Positions 36,740 to 45,891 of a DNA stretch of 64,000 nucleotides are shown here, one piece after another. Below the pieces are notes generated by a model. The model saw nothing but the letters and a program-made list of their open reading frames with translations, ran no database searches and had not been told where the DNA came from. The DNA lies in the NCBI GenBank assembly GCA_964549615.1, contig CAZJVP010000104.1:1-64000 (forward strand). Reading direction: 5' to 3'. The stretch is from an uncultured Thermococci archaeon. Lineage in GTDB: Archaea > CAYQAE01 > CAYVLA01. The first letter of the stretch is position 1. Each line of letters begins with the position of its first letter. The position numbers and the translations under genes are program-made.

Positions 36740-37753
36740 ATGGCTAAGGATGAGGGCCGAAATGAGAAGGCCTCGGAGGGAAGCAAGACCGGCACGCGCA
36801 AGGTGATCTCCCCTCTTGAGGTCAAGGAGGGCATGGAGCAGTTCGTGGTCGAGACGATCGATGTCAAGAAGATATACGAGATGGGTGGCGGGAAGATAGA
36901 GGTCAGGGCACTGAACGGCGTAAGCGTCCGGATAGCCAAGGGAGACTTCGTTGCCCTCATGGGTCCGTCGGGCAGTGGAAAGACCACGCTCCTCAACGTC
37001 ATAACGGGCCTTGACAGGCCGACCTCGGGGAAGGTGTTCATGTCGGGAAGGGAGATCACGAAGATGGACCAGGCGCACCTCTCAAAGCTCAGGCAGCAGA
37101 ACGTCGGGTTCATCTTCCAGATCTATAACCTCATCCCTGTTCTCACCGCGATTGAAAACGTCGAGCTGCCCTTGGTCTTCGCAGGCGTGGAGGAGGAGAA
37201 AAGGCGCGAACGGGCTTTGGAGCTGTTGACTCGAGTTGGCCTGGCGGACAGGATAGATCATCGGCCGACGGAGCTGAGCGGCGGAGAGCAACAGAGGGTT
37301 GCGATAGCTAGGGCTCTGGTGAACAAGCCGGATCTGGTCCTTGCAGACGAGCCCACGGGCAACCTCGACACCAAGACCGGCCTTGAGATCATAGATCTCA
37401 TGAAGGAACTGCAGAAAGAGGAAGGCACGACGGTCATAGTCGCGACACACGACCCCAAGGTTGCCGACGTCGTGGACATAATCACCTACCTTCGTGACGG
37501 GCAGATCATTGGCGAGTCCGTGCAGCGGGAGGATCTGGGCGAGGCTCAGACGATCGCCCTGAAGGCGAGCACGAGGATGACGCAGCAGATGCTGGATCAG
37601 ATCCATGCCGATCTGCACAATGCATTATACGCGAGGAAGGTCAAGGTGGGGGACAAGATCTCGCTGCTGGACGCTGAGTTCGAGATAGTGGACACGGAGC
37701 CTTCCGGCTTGGTGAGGGTTATGCGCGATACGAAGATGACGGTCGCCGAATAG
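36740..37753 (+). CDS. ABC transporter ATP-binding protein (LolD type) with C-terminal Cdc48-domain-2-like extension
   Basis: GPSGSGKTT, LSGGEQQRVAIARAL, LADEPTGNLD, ATHD; extra ~80 aa ending FEIVDTEPSGLVRVMRDTKMTV. Confidence 0.9.
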   Translation: MAKDEGRNEKASEGSKTGTRKVISPLEVKEGMEQFVVETIDVKKIYEMGGGKIEVRALNGVSVRIAKGDFVALMGPSGSGKTTLLNVITGLDRPTSGKVFMSGREITKMDQAHLSKLRQQNVGFIFQIYNLIPVLTAIENVELPLVFAGVEEEKRRERALELLTRVGLADRIDHRPTELSGGEQQRVAIARALVNKPDLVLADEPTGNLDTKTGLEIIDLMKELQKEEGTTVIVATHDPKVADVVDIITYLRDGQIIGESVQREDLGEAQTIALKASTRMTQQMLDQIHADLHNALYARKVKVGDKISLLDAEFEIVDTEPSGLVRVMRDTKMTVAE

Positions 37754-37810
37754 CCGTTTTGAGAGAATTTGTGAAGATTAATGAGTTGGAAATTGTTGGG
37801 CTTCATGTAG

Positions 37811-38638
37811 GTGGGTTGGATGGGTTTCGGAGGAGGCGGGTTCGGCGGATTTGGCGGATTTGGCGGCCCCATGGGGGGCGAGGCCGGCGCCGGCGAGCAG
37901 GGCGGCCCCCTAGGCCTTCTGGAAACCACGATACCCGGGCTTCTGCTATTCTTGGGAATCGCCCTCATCGGGACGGGGCTATTCATGTACAGCATGGTCA
38001 AGGTCTGGTCTCCGCGTATATGGCTCCCGATACTTTTCGGCATCGGCATCGCCCTGGGCGGGCAGCTCTTCAAGTTCAGATCGAAGAAGATGATGGGGAG
38101 CTTCGGTGTGGCGCAGGTCTGCGAGATCTGCAAGGTGGAGCTCGCAATCCAGGAGTGCTTCTCGTGCGGGAAATGGTTCGGGCCGGGCTGCGAGGGGAAG
38201 TTCCTGGATGCCTATGGGAACGTTCAGCCTGAGGATACCAGGTGCATCGAGTGCACGACCTGCTCGATCTGCGGGCAGCCGACGAAGGGCTTCCAATGTC
38301 TGAAATGCGGGAAGAGGGTTTGCTCCGAATGCCTTGACGAGACGCAGAGATACTGCCTGCAATGTGCGGGCAGACTGAAGATCGCCAAAGGTACGTCTGA
38401 GGAGGATGCTGGCAAGGAGGTCTCCGACGCCAAGGTCGTCGTGCTGCGGTCACCTTTCAATCTTCCGTCCGCGTTGGTGCGAAAGATAACGGACAAGGTC
38501 AAGAGCGATATCGTTGGAAAGGAGCTCCTGCTAGGGAGGGCATATCCGTCTCTGGGCACGGAGTTCAGGGTGGTGGGGTCGTCTCCAGGGGGGCGGGTGA
38601 TCGTTCGCGAGGACACCAGGGTGAAGATAGAGAACTAG
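37811..38638 (+). CDS. membrane protein: Gly/Phe-rich N-terminus, 2 TM, multi-CxxC zinc fingers, Cdc48-domain-2-like C-terminus
   Basis: CEIC, CFSC, CIEC, CSIC, CLKC, CSEC, CLQC; ends FRVVGSSPGGRVIVREDTRVKI. Confidence 0.75.
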   Translation: MGWMGFGGGGFGGFGGFGGPMGGEAGAGEQGGPLGLLETTIPGLLLFLGIALIGTGLFMYSMVKVWSPRIWLPILFGIGIALGGQLFKFRSKKMMGSFGVAQVCEICKVELAIQECFSCGKWFGPGCEGKFLDAYGNVQPEDTRCIECTTCSICGQPTKGFQCLKCGKRVCSECLDETQRYCLQCAGRLKIAKGTSEEDAGKEVSDAKVVVLRSPFNLPSALVRKITDKVKSDIVGKELLLGRAYPSLGTEFRVVGSSPGGRVIVREDTRVKIEN

Positions 38639-38662
38639 CAGCCCCGTTGGGGTGGGGGGTCG

Positions 38663-39931
38663 TTGAGCGGAATCAAGAGATGGTTTGAGTCCCTAAGGTA
38701 TCTGCCAGGATACCAGAAGATGCTCTTCGTATACCTAGCGATAATAATCCTAGTGATACTTTCTACACGCTACCATCTCGAGAAGGTGATCTTCCCAGTC
38801 GCCTACACGGTAGTCTACTCGGGCATCATCCTCCCTCTATTCCTTCAGAGCCTCATCGGGAAGCTCTCGCAGCGGACCGGCTGGTGGGCGGCAACGGTTA
38901 CGGTGATCATCGGGTTCTACATCCTAATGCGTCTGCTCGTAGCGCTTGACCTGCTTGGCACCGGTCTGATCTACAAGACGAACATCTACGGCATCGTCTG
39001 GACCGCAGCCATCGCCTGCCTGGGGGTGCTAAGCGCTGCCATGCAGCATGGCCTATCGGGCTTGAGGGAGAACATGAGGAGGGAGCTGAGGGAGATAACC
39101 ACCATAAAGCAGATGACCAAGGGCGAGCCGCTGGTCCTAGACAAGAGGACCATTGCCGTGCTAGTCATAGCCGTCGCGGTGACGGCGGGAATCTTGGGCG
39201 CCCGGATCTACCTGCTGAAGAGGCCGGATTTCGTAACTATGTACGCCGTGCCGCGTAACGTCTCTGACGCGCCGGCCAAGCTCTTGGGAATGATGCTGTG
39301 GAATCGTCTGAACCGTCCGGTAAGCGTCTTCACCGTTGCGTTCGCGGGCTACTACCGCTACCCTGCGCAGACGAACTATACGGGGAACGACTTGTTTGAG
39401 CTGGCCAAGAGCGTCAGCATCGTGGCGGATTGCCTCAGCAAGGCGAGCAGCGCGCCCCCCGACATGATCTTGATCAGGAAGGGCGGGTCGCCCAGCGGGA
39501 ACATCCGCCAGATCACCATAGATCTCACCAGGGCCTTCAACTACATGGGCCTGTACGAAAATGAGACCTCTCATCTGAGGATCCCCAGCAAGTTCATCAT
39601 CAGGTGGGACAGGAGGCAGAAGAGGCTCAAGGGGGTCTGGGTTGGGACTCCGGGCGTCCCGTTCATGATATGGCAGAACGGGACGAGAATGGATGGAAGG
39701 GGACTCGTCGAGAGCCTGGACCCATATCGTGAGATCATCCGGCTCGAGGGGATCGAGATGAGGGACGTGCCGGCCGGCGGAAGATACGGCTTCAACTTGA
39801 CTGGGATCTTTCATTCTTGGTTGGGCCCGGAGTTTTCTGACTGCGACGAGTTCCTCTTGGGGGGAGAGGTCCTGTACGAGAGCGGCAAGACGCGGGAACT
39901 CAGGGAGGTCACCATCAGGAGGACCCCTTGA
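38663..39931 (+). CDS. hypothetical membrane protein (about 5 TM plus soluble C-terminal domain)
   Basis: Long co-oriented ORF; hydrophobic N-terminal half, beta-rich C-terminal half. Confidence 0.7.
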   Translation: MSGIKRWFESLRYLPGYQKMLFVYLAIIILVILSTRYHLEKVIFPVAYTVVYSGIILPLFLQSLIGKLSQRTGWWAATVTVIIGFYILMRLLVALDLLGTGLIYKTNIYGIVWTAAIACLGVLSAAMQHGLSGLRENMRRELREITTIKQMTKGEPLVLDKRTIAVLVIAVAVTAGILGARIYLLKRPDFVTMYAVPRNVSDAPAKLLGMMLWNRLNRPVSVFTVAFAGYYRYPAQTNYTGNDLFELAKSVSIVADCLSKASSAPPDMILIRKGGSPSGNIRQITIDLTRAFNYMGLYENETSHLRIPSKFIIRWDRRQKRLKGVWVGTPGVPFMIWQNGTRMDGRGLVESLDPYREIIRLEGIEMRDVPAGGRYGFNLTGIFHSWLGPEFSDCDEFLLGGEVLYESGKTRELREVTIRRTP

Positions 39932-39998
39932 TAGCCCGTCCGAGTAGCACCATTTTTAACAGCTTCGCGCCAGCGTTCGCGGAAAGGAGATCTGACAC

Positions 39999-42683
39999 GT
40001 GCCCTTGGGCCGAAACAGCCTCGTTGAGACGGGGATATCGCTTGCGGAGAGAAACGAGCTCGTTGCCCTCGCTGAGATGTATATGGGGCACGAGATTTTC
40101 GTCTGGAACGCAAACATAAACGGGATCCTAGTTCAGCTGAGAACGAACGACGCGCATCTTGACGACTTCTGGCGGGAGAACTGGTTCCCAGCTCCGGGCG
40201 TCGAGCACGAACACACGACCCGACCCCACGGCATCATCTACGCCGTCACAAACGTCCCGGGAACCGAGCCCAAAGCCTGCTACCACAGCGGGACGAAGAC
40301 TGCCATCGTGATAAACAAGACGAACTACGACGCGATCAGATCGATCGCCCTCGGAATCGCGATGGATGTATCTGAGGAGCAGAAGGATATGCACTTCATG
40401 AGAGGCGCTCTGGTGGACGTGAACGGCGAGGGGGTCGTGATAACCGGCGACGTGAACTCCGGCAAGACCACGCAGACTTTCCTGCTCTTGGAACTCGATC
40501 GTGCAAGGATCCATTCCAACGACTGGATATACGTCGAGAGGCTCGGAGGGGAAAAGGGCCGGATATCGACCTTGGTGTCGGAAAGGAAGTTCCTCGTGAA
40601 GAACAGCGTAGCTCAGATAAGCCCCCGGATAAAGGAGCTCATCGGGAAGTGCAAGTCCCGCGACGGCTACTTCCTTCTAGATCCTTGGTGGATCGGGGGC
40701 CAGGAGAAGTTCGTGGACACCACCAGGATTAAGATAATCTTCATACTGCAGAGGAGGCCGACCGAGGGGTGGGTGTGCGCCCGGATACCACAAAAGGAGG
40801 CCATCGCTCTTCTGAGGAATGGGCAGGACCCGTTCTTCAACCCGCACTGGCTGGTGAGGACCGAGGACCGAATGGCGTTGCAGACCTCGTTCTTCCAAGA
40901 CATCCTCCAGTTCGTAGCATGCTACCGGGTGAACACTGCAGCAGAGACGCTGGAAGTTCAGAAGCGGATCCGGGAGATCATCAGGTCCAAAGAGTATATG
41001 GTACAGGTCCGGGAAGGGGAGGACGTCCTCCAGGTGAACGAGATCATCAGGCCCGAGGATCTGCAATCCGTCGCGAGGACGATGGCCAAGCTATACGAAA
41101 GCAAGAACGTGGTGCATCCCGATGCGGAGTCACTGAGGGCGATGGCGATCGAGTACGGGACCAAGACCAAGTTCGGCAACTACAACTTCGTCTCCACCGT
41201 CAAGAATCGAAGCGCCGCCCTAACGGTGATCGTAGGCAGCCCTAGGGTCATGGTCGGCAAGCTTAACGACAGGCAGAAGCAGATCCTGAGGAATCTCCCC
41301 AAGACCCTGCAGAACGTTCATGATTATGTTCAGAAGGCTCCGCTTGTCTGCGTCCAGAGGACGATGGGGCAGAACGACATCTTCACTCCGACGTGCAGGC
41401 TTTTCGTCTCCACCCAGAGAAAGGAGATGGTGCGGCTCGCCTACATGGTCGGTGAAACGCTCTTCCCGGACAGCGGTACGGGCAAGCCCCTGCTGCAGCT
41501 GCTGCACATACCGGAGTGGCAAGAGAAAGATCGCCAGATACTGGTCTTCCCCGAAATGGGGATAACGTACGTATTGGGCTCCGACTACTATGGGGAGGAC
41601 AAGAAGGGCTTCCTGAGAATGGCCATGTGGGAGGCCAAGCAGAGGGGCATGCTTGGGCTCCATGCGGGGAGCAAGATCGTGAGGGCGAGGGACAAGGCGA
41701 CGGGCAAGATCAAGAGGTACAGCATGATCATATTCGGCCTGACCGCAACCGGCAAGACGACCCATACTTGCCACGACCACGGACTGACCGGCGAGGGCGA
41801 GGGCGTCGAGATAGTCCAGGACGACGTCATCTTCCTGAGGCCGGACGGGTCGGCCCTTGGGACCGAGAGAGGCTTCTACCTGAAGACCGAAGGCGTCGAT
41901 TCCCGCATCCTTCCGCTCATATACAAAGCTGCAACCCGTCCAAGGGCAATCTTCGAGAACGTTCTCGTCGACTACCTCGGGAACGTCTCCTTCGGAGACC
42001 AGACGCTCACGGGGAACGGCCGGGGAATCATGCAGAGGACCGATTTCGGGAAGCAATGCAGCCAAAGCGTGAACATACCGCCGCTCTCGGAGCTCGACGG
42101 GATGATAATCCTCTTCATCACCAGAAGGAACACCGTCGTTCCACCAGTGGCCAAGCTCAATGCCGAACAGGCGGCTGCTGCGTTCATGCTTGGGGAGTCG
42201 ATCGAGACCACGGGTAGCGACCCGGCCAGAGCGGGGGAGTCCGTGAGGGAAGTCGGCATGAATCCGTTCATCGTGGGGGATCCGGCCGTCGAGGGCGAGT
42301 TCATCTACGAGTTCGCCCGCAAGAACGCCGACAAGCTACAGTTCTACCTCTTCAACACGGGTGCGGTCGGGGAGATCGCCGAGAGGACCCCCGAAGGGGA
42401 GAGGGTGATCCTCCAGAAAGGCGAGAAGATAGGCATACCCGAATCCGCCGCGATCATAAGGGCCATCTGCAGAGGCGAGATCGAGTGGAAGAAGTCGGAG
42501 TACTTCGACGTTCTAGTTCCCAAAGAGGTTCCCGGGATCGACATATCCAAGTACGACCTTAACAGGTTCTACACCAAGGAGCTCGCCGAGGCGTACGTGA
42601 GGGAGTTGATTCAGGAAAGGGTTCAGTGGTTATCCAACTTCAAGGGCCTGAACCCGGCCATAGTGCAGTCCATCATGAAGTAA
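39999..42683 (+). CDS. phosphoenolpyruvate carboxykinase (ATP-type family) fused to an N-terminal HPr-kinase/PEPCK-like P-loop domain
   Basis: C-part: DYYGEDKKGFLR, LGLHAGSK, FGLTATGKTT, QDDV, GTERGFYLKT, FENV, NGRG, LFNTG. N-part: GALVDVNGEGVVITGDVNSGKTT. Confidence 0.85.
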   Translation: MPLGRNSLVETGISLAERNELVALAEMYMGHEIFVWNANINGILVQLRTNDAHLDDFWRENWFPAPGVEHEHTTRPHGIIYAVTNVPGTEPKACYHSGTKTAIVINKTNYDAIRSIALGIAMDVSEEQKDMHFMRGALVDVNGEGVVITGDVNSGKTTQTFLLLELDRARIHSNDWIYVERLGGEKGRISTLVSERKFLVKNSVAQISPRIKELIGKCKSRDGYFLLDPWWIGGQEKFVDTTRIKIIFILQRRPTEGWVCARIPQKEAIALLRNGQDPFFNPHWLVRTEDRMALQTSFFQDILQFVACYRVNTAAETLEVQKRIREIIRSKEYMVQVREGEDVLQVNEIIRPEDLQSVARTMAKLYESKNVVHPDAESLRAMAIEYGTKTKFGNYNFVSTVKNRSAALTVIVGSPRVMVGKLNDRQKQILRNLPKTLQNVHDYVQKAPLVCVQRTMGQNDIFTPTCRLFVSTQRKEMVRLAYMVGETLFPDSGTGKPLLQLLHIPEWQEKDRQILVFPEMGITYVLGSDYYGEDKKGFLRMAMWEAKQRGMLGLHAGSKIVRARDKATGKIKRYSMIIFGLTATGKTTHTCHDHGLTGEGEGVEIVQDDVIFLRPDGSALGTERGFYLKTEGVDSRILPLIYKAATRPRAIFENVLVDYLGNVSFGDQTLTGNGRGIMQRTDFGKQCSQSVNIPPLSELDGMIILFITRRNTVVPPVAKLNAEQAAAAFMLGESIETTGSDPARAGESVREVGMNPFIVGDPAVEGEFIYEFARKNADKLQFYLFNTGAVGEIAERTPEGERVILQKGEKIGIPESAAIIRAICRGEIEWKKSEYFDVLVPKEVPGIDISKYDLNRFYTKELAEAYVRELIQERVQWLSNFKGLNPAIVQSIMK

Positions 42684-43713
42684 CGTGCGCCCACATGTCC
42701 AGCGTGGCCTGCCTGCCGCGCGCCGCGGAACGAGCCATCCGTTCCAGGGTTGCCCGCACGCTCCTTTCCCGGAATCCCCTTTCCGTGCACAAGAAGTGGA
42801 CAACGCCCTCGGGGTCAAACTCGCCGCTGATGAGAGCGTAGTCCTTGTCGACAAGCGGCTCTTTGAAGTTTCGCCTTATCTCATCCACGTTGTTCGGCAG
42901 GCGAAGGGCTATGTCAGCGGGCATCTCCTCCAGGCAGCCGAACCGCTTCACGAGGCTGAGGGCGTTCCTCGGGCCGATGCCCTTCAAACCCCGGTTGTAG
43001 TCCGTCCCCATGAGGATGGCCGCATCGATGAGCTGGGCGTGGGTTATGCCGAGGTGTTGCAGGGTCTTCTTGAGATCGATGATCTGGGGTCTGCTTGGCA
43101 TCCCGATTCCGCGGTATACCCCCGCGATCGAGACGTACCTTGCCATCCTGGGTGCGCCGAAAAGCAGGGAGTCAAAGTCGCGGCTGTTGACCGCCCATGC
43201 TCTGCCCTTCTTGGCGATGTAGGAGGCTTGCGCCTCGGCTTCCCCAGGCGCCTGCACGGTCGGAATACCGAGCAAGTGGAGAAGGCGCTTTGCGTCGTTG
43301 ATTATGTCCGAGTCGATCATGCCGGTCGTGACGGCCTTGGAGAAAGCGGTTCTTATGTCACCTCGGTCCAAAGCATCCCGCCATTCTTGGAGGCTTTTCT
43401 CGAACCTCTGTCGTCTCTTCTGTCTCTCCTCGTCCGTGAGCCAAGAGAACTTGATCGGCGGAGGTTTCCCGTCGAAGACGAAGATGAGCTCGATGCCGTG
43501 CTTGTAGATCAACTTGGTCGATCTGTAGAAGAGGCCGGCCAGGGACGAGGTGATGTGCCCCTCCTTGTCCATCAGTGGCACTCCCGTGGGATATCGGACT
43601 AGTGCCAAGAACTGGTGGATTATGCTGCTCGCGTCAACGGCGAGGGTCTTGCCTCTCAGGTCCTCCAGATCGACTTCTTCCAGGGGAACTAGCGACCCGA
43701 GCTCGACGCCCAT
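42673..43713 (-). CDS. fen: flap endonuclease 1
   Basis: MGVELG, LAVDA, FVFDGKPP, APGEAEAQAS, SRDFDSLLFGAP, GTDYN.G.KGIGP, C-terminal PIP box QATLDMW. Confidence 0.95.
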   Translation of the reverse strand: MGVELGSLVPLEEVDLEDLRGKTLAVDASSIIHQFLALVRYPTGVPLMDKEGHITSSLAGLFYRSTKLIYKHGIELIFVFDGKPPPIKFSWLTDEERQKRRQRFEKSLQEWRDALDRGDIRTAFSKAVTTGMIDSDIINDAKRLLHLLGIPTVQAPGEAEAQASYIAKKGRAWAVNSRDFDSLLFGAPRMARYVSIAGVYRGIGMPSRPQIIDLKKTLQHLGITHAQLIDAAILMGTDYNRGLKGIGPRNALSLVKRFGCLEEMPADIALRLPNNVDEIRRNFKEPLVDKDYALISGEFDPEGVVHFLCTERGFRERSVRATLERMARSAARGRQATLDMWAHVTS

Positions 43714-43749
43714 AATGGATCACGATTCTCGCGAAGACGGGATTATATG

Positions 43750-44838
43750 TTACGGCCGGTACCGACCGATGTGCCTTGCACCGCGCACCATGGCGAGGAG
43801 GTTCTGGGGGCGGGTTCCTCTATAGATCGTATTGCTGGAGCTTAGTATGAAACCTCCTCCCGACGCCCCCTCGCTCATGCACCTTGATACCTCCTTCCGG
43901 ACATCGCCGACGGAGCCGAAGTGAAGGATTGCGCCGCAGTCCACGTTTCCCATGAGGGCAATGCGCGAGCCGAATCTGCGCTTAACTTGGGCAAGTCGCA
44001 TGCCGGCCTCGCTCTGGATGGGGTTGAGGGCATCGGGCCCTGCCTCAACTATCAGGTCCAATATCGGCCACAAGTTGCCGTCCGTGTGCTTGATGAAGGG
44101 CGCGCCTCTCCTATGAACCGCGCGAATCAGCTGCCGAAGATACGGATAAATGAAGGTTCGGAACTGGTCGGGGCTCATGAACGGCCCCGTGGAGAAGGCG
44201 TAGTCATCGCCGGTCAGGATGCCTGCGGCTCCCTCGTCCAACAGGATCTTCGCCATCTCTATGTTGAAGCGCGTGGAGATCCGGGCGAGCTTCTCGGCGA
44301 GGCGGGGTTGCCTGCGGTAGTCGGCCACCAGACGGGCTATGCTGCCTCGCATCATCCACGGCAGCTCAAATGCGTCGTGAACTAGAGCGAAAACAGGGGT
44401 CTCCTCCCCGAGCGCCTCGACAGCTTCCCGGACAGGTGAGGCTCGGCCTTGCCTTGCAGGATCGGGGATGTGGAAATCTTCGAGGTCGTCCAAGGTGCGT
44501 ATGATGCCATCCACCGGGGATTCCATCTCCGAGGTCAGTTTCCGGATCTCACCCCATTCCCCCTTGTATGTAGCGGCATCGATCCATTCCGGCTCCCAGT
44601 CCGGGTCGCGCGGCCCGAGGATGTGTTGGCCGTGGCCAAGGAGCCTATGCCTGGCGACCACCATGTCAAAGCCGATCTGGGCCAGGGCCTTTGCCCTTTC
44701 TCCCTCTGTGGAGAGTCGCCTCCCAATGCATTTCTCCAGGACCCCGGCGTCAACGTCCACGTCCGACACCGGAACGCGGTCGGGCTCCTCCATCTCCAGA
44801 GCGGCGAAGAACCTATTCCAACTGGAAGTCAATGACAC
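43750..44838 (-). CDS. uroporphyrinogen decarboxylase (URO-D)/MtaA-like family protein
   Basis: EPDRVPV, GDDYAF..GPFMSP, KHTDGN, LMGNVD, GGGFILSSSN. Confidence 0.8.
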   Translation of the reverse strand: MSLTSSWNRFFAALEMEEPDRVPVSDVDVDAGVLEKCIGRRLSTEGERAKALAQIGFDMVVARHRLLGHGQHILGPRDPDWEPEWIDAATYKGEWGEIRKLTSEMESPVDGIIRTLDDLEDFHIPDPARQGRASPVREAVEALGEETPVFALVHDAFELPWMMRGSIARLVADYRRQPRLAEKLARISTRFNIEMAKILLDEGAAGILTGDDYAFSTGPFMSPDQFRTFIYPYLRQLIRAVHRRGAPFIKHTDGNLWPILDLIVEAGPDALNPIQSEAGMRLAQVKRRFGSRIALMGNVDCGAILHFGSVGDVRKEVSRCMSEGASGGGFILSSSNTIYRGTRPQNLLAMVRGARHIGRYRP

Positions 44839-44858
44839 GTCCCCAAGCCCAGTCGACC

Positions 44859-45860
44859 CTAAGCCAGGTTCTCGCGGATGTGTGGAATGGCCTGCTTTCC
44901 GAACTCGTCGATGAACCGTTCCTCGTTCGGGCTGCAGCTGTGCACCATTACCCAGTCGTAGCCCGCCTTGATGTAGGTCTGGACTCTCTTGATCACTTCA
45001 TCCATGCTCGTCGTGATGAACCATAGCTCCTTGATGCGCTCGTCGGTCACCGACTCATCCGCTATCTTCTCAAGCTCTCTGGGATCGGAGGAGAGCCCGA
45101 TATGCCCGTGGATTCCCGTAGTTTTCCAGAAGCGGCACATCCCGAATGCCCTCTCGTAGTCCTCGTCAAGCGACACTTTGAGCTCGACCATCTTCACGAG
45201 CGCTCTGGGATCCCTTCCGGCCTCCCTTGCTCCCTTCTCCAGATTCGGCAGCACCATGTCCTTGAACTCCGGGATGGATGCAACCGTGAGGATACCGTCG
45301 CCAAGCCTCCCCGCCACCCGACACATCTTCTTGCCGCTGGCGGCGATGATGAGGGGGATGGGCTGGGTCGGAACGTCGTATAGCCTAGCGTTGCGAAGCT
45401 TGAAGTAGCGACCGGCGTATTCGACGAACTTCCCAGTCCAAAGCCTTCTTATGATCTCCACGGCTTCCTCGAGCATCTCCCTGCGGACCTCAAAGGCAGG
45501 CCAGTCGAATCCGACCGGTTCCTCGTTGAGCTTTTCGCCTGTCCCGACGCTGAGGAAGACCCTGCCCGGGTACATGGTCCCCATGCTTGCGAAAGCCTGG
45601 GCGACGATCGCGGGGTTGTACCTCATCGTCGGCGTCGTACAGGCGGTTCCAACGACCGTCCTGTGGGTTCTGGCAAGCAGCGAGGACAGCCACGTCCACG
45701 GAAAAGTGCAGTGGGCACCACGGTGGCTCCAAGGGTGGAAATGATCGCTGGCGGCGGTCATCTCGAAGCCGGCTTTCTCGGCTCTGGTCGCGAGTTCGAG
45801 AAGGTACGAGGGATCCCTGAAGCCCTCCATCGGTGCCCAGTAGCCAATCCTTGCGGCCAT
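44859..45860 (-). CDS. LLM-class F420-dependent oxidoreductase (G6PDH/Adf-like)
   Basis: AEKAGF, SDHFHPW, RYNPAIVAQAFAS, GRVFLSVGTGEKLNE, LEEAVEIIRRLW. Confidence 0.85.
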   Translation of the reverse strand: MAARIGYWAPMEGFRDPSYLLELATRAEKAGFEMTAASDHFHPWSHRGAHCTFPWTWLSSLLARTHRTVVGTACTTPTMRYNPAIVAQAFASMGTMYPGRVFLSVGTGEKLNEEPVGFDWPAFEVRREMLEEAVEIIRRLWTGKFVEYAGRYFKLRNARLYDVPTQPIPLIIAASGKKMCRVAGRLGDGILTVASIPEFKDMVLPNLEKGAREAGRDPRALVKMVELKVSLDEDYERAFGMCRFWKTTGIHGHIGLSSDPRELEKIADESVTDERIKELWFITTSMDEVIKRVQTYIKAGYDWVMVHSCSPNEERFIDEFGKQAIPHIRENLA

Positions 45861-45882
45861 GGCAACGAACCGCCGAGGGAAT

Positions 45883-45891
45883 CTTATAAAT
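45883..45891 (-). promoter_or_regulatory. TATA box for a probably leaderless LLM oxidoreductase transcript
   Basis: ATTTATAAG 23-31 nt upstream of ATG 45860, overlapping the upstream gene's stop. Confidence 0.45.
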
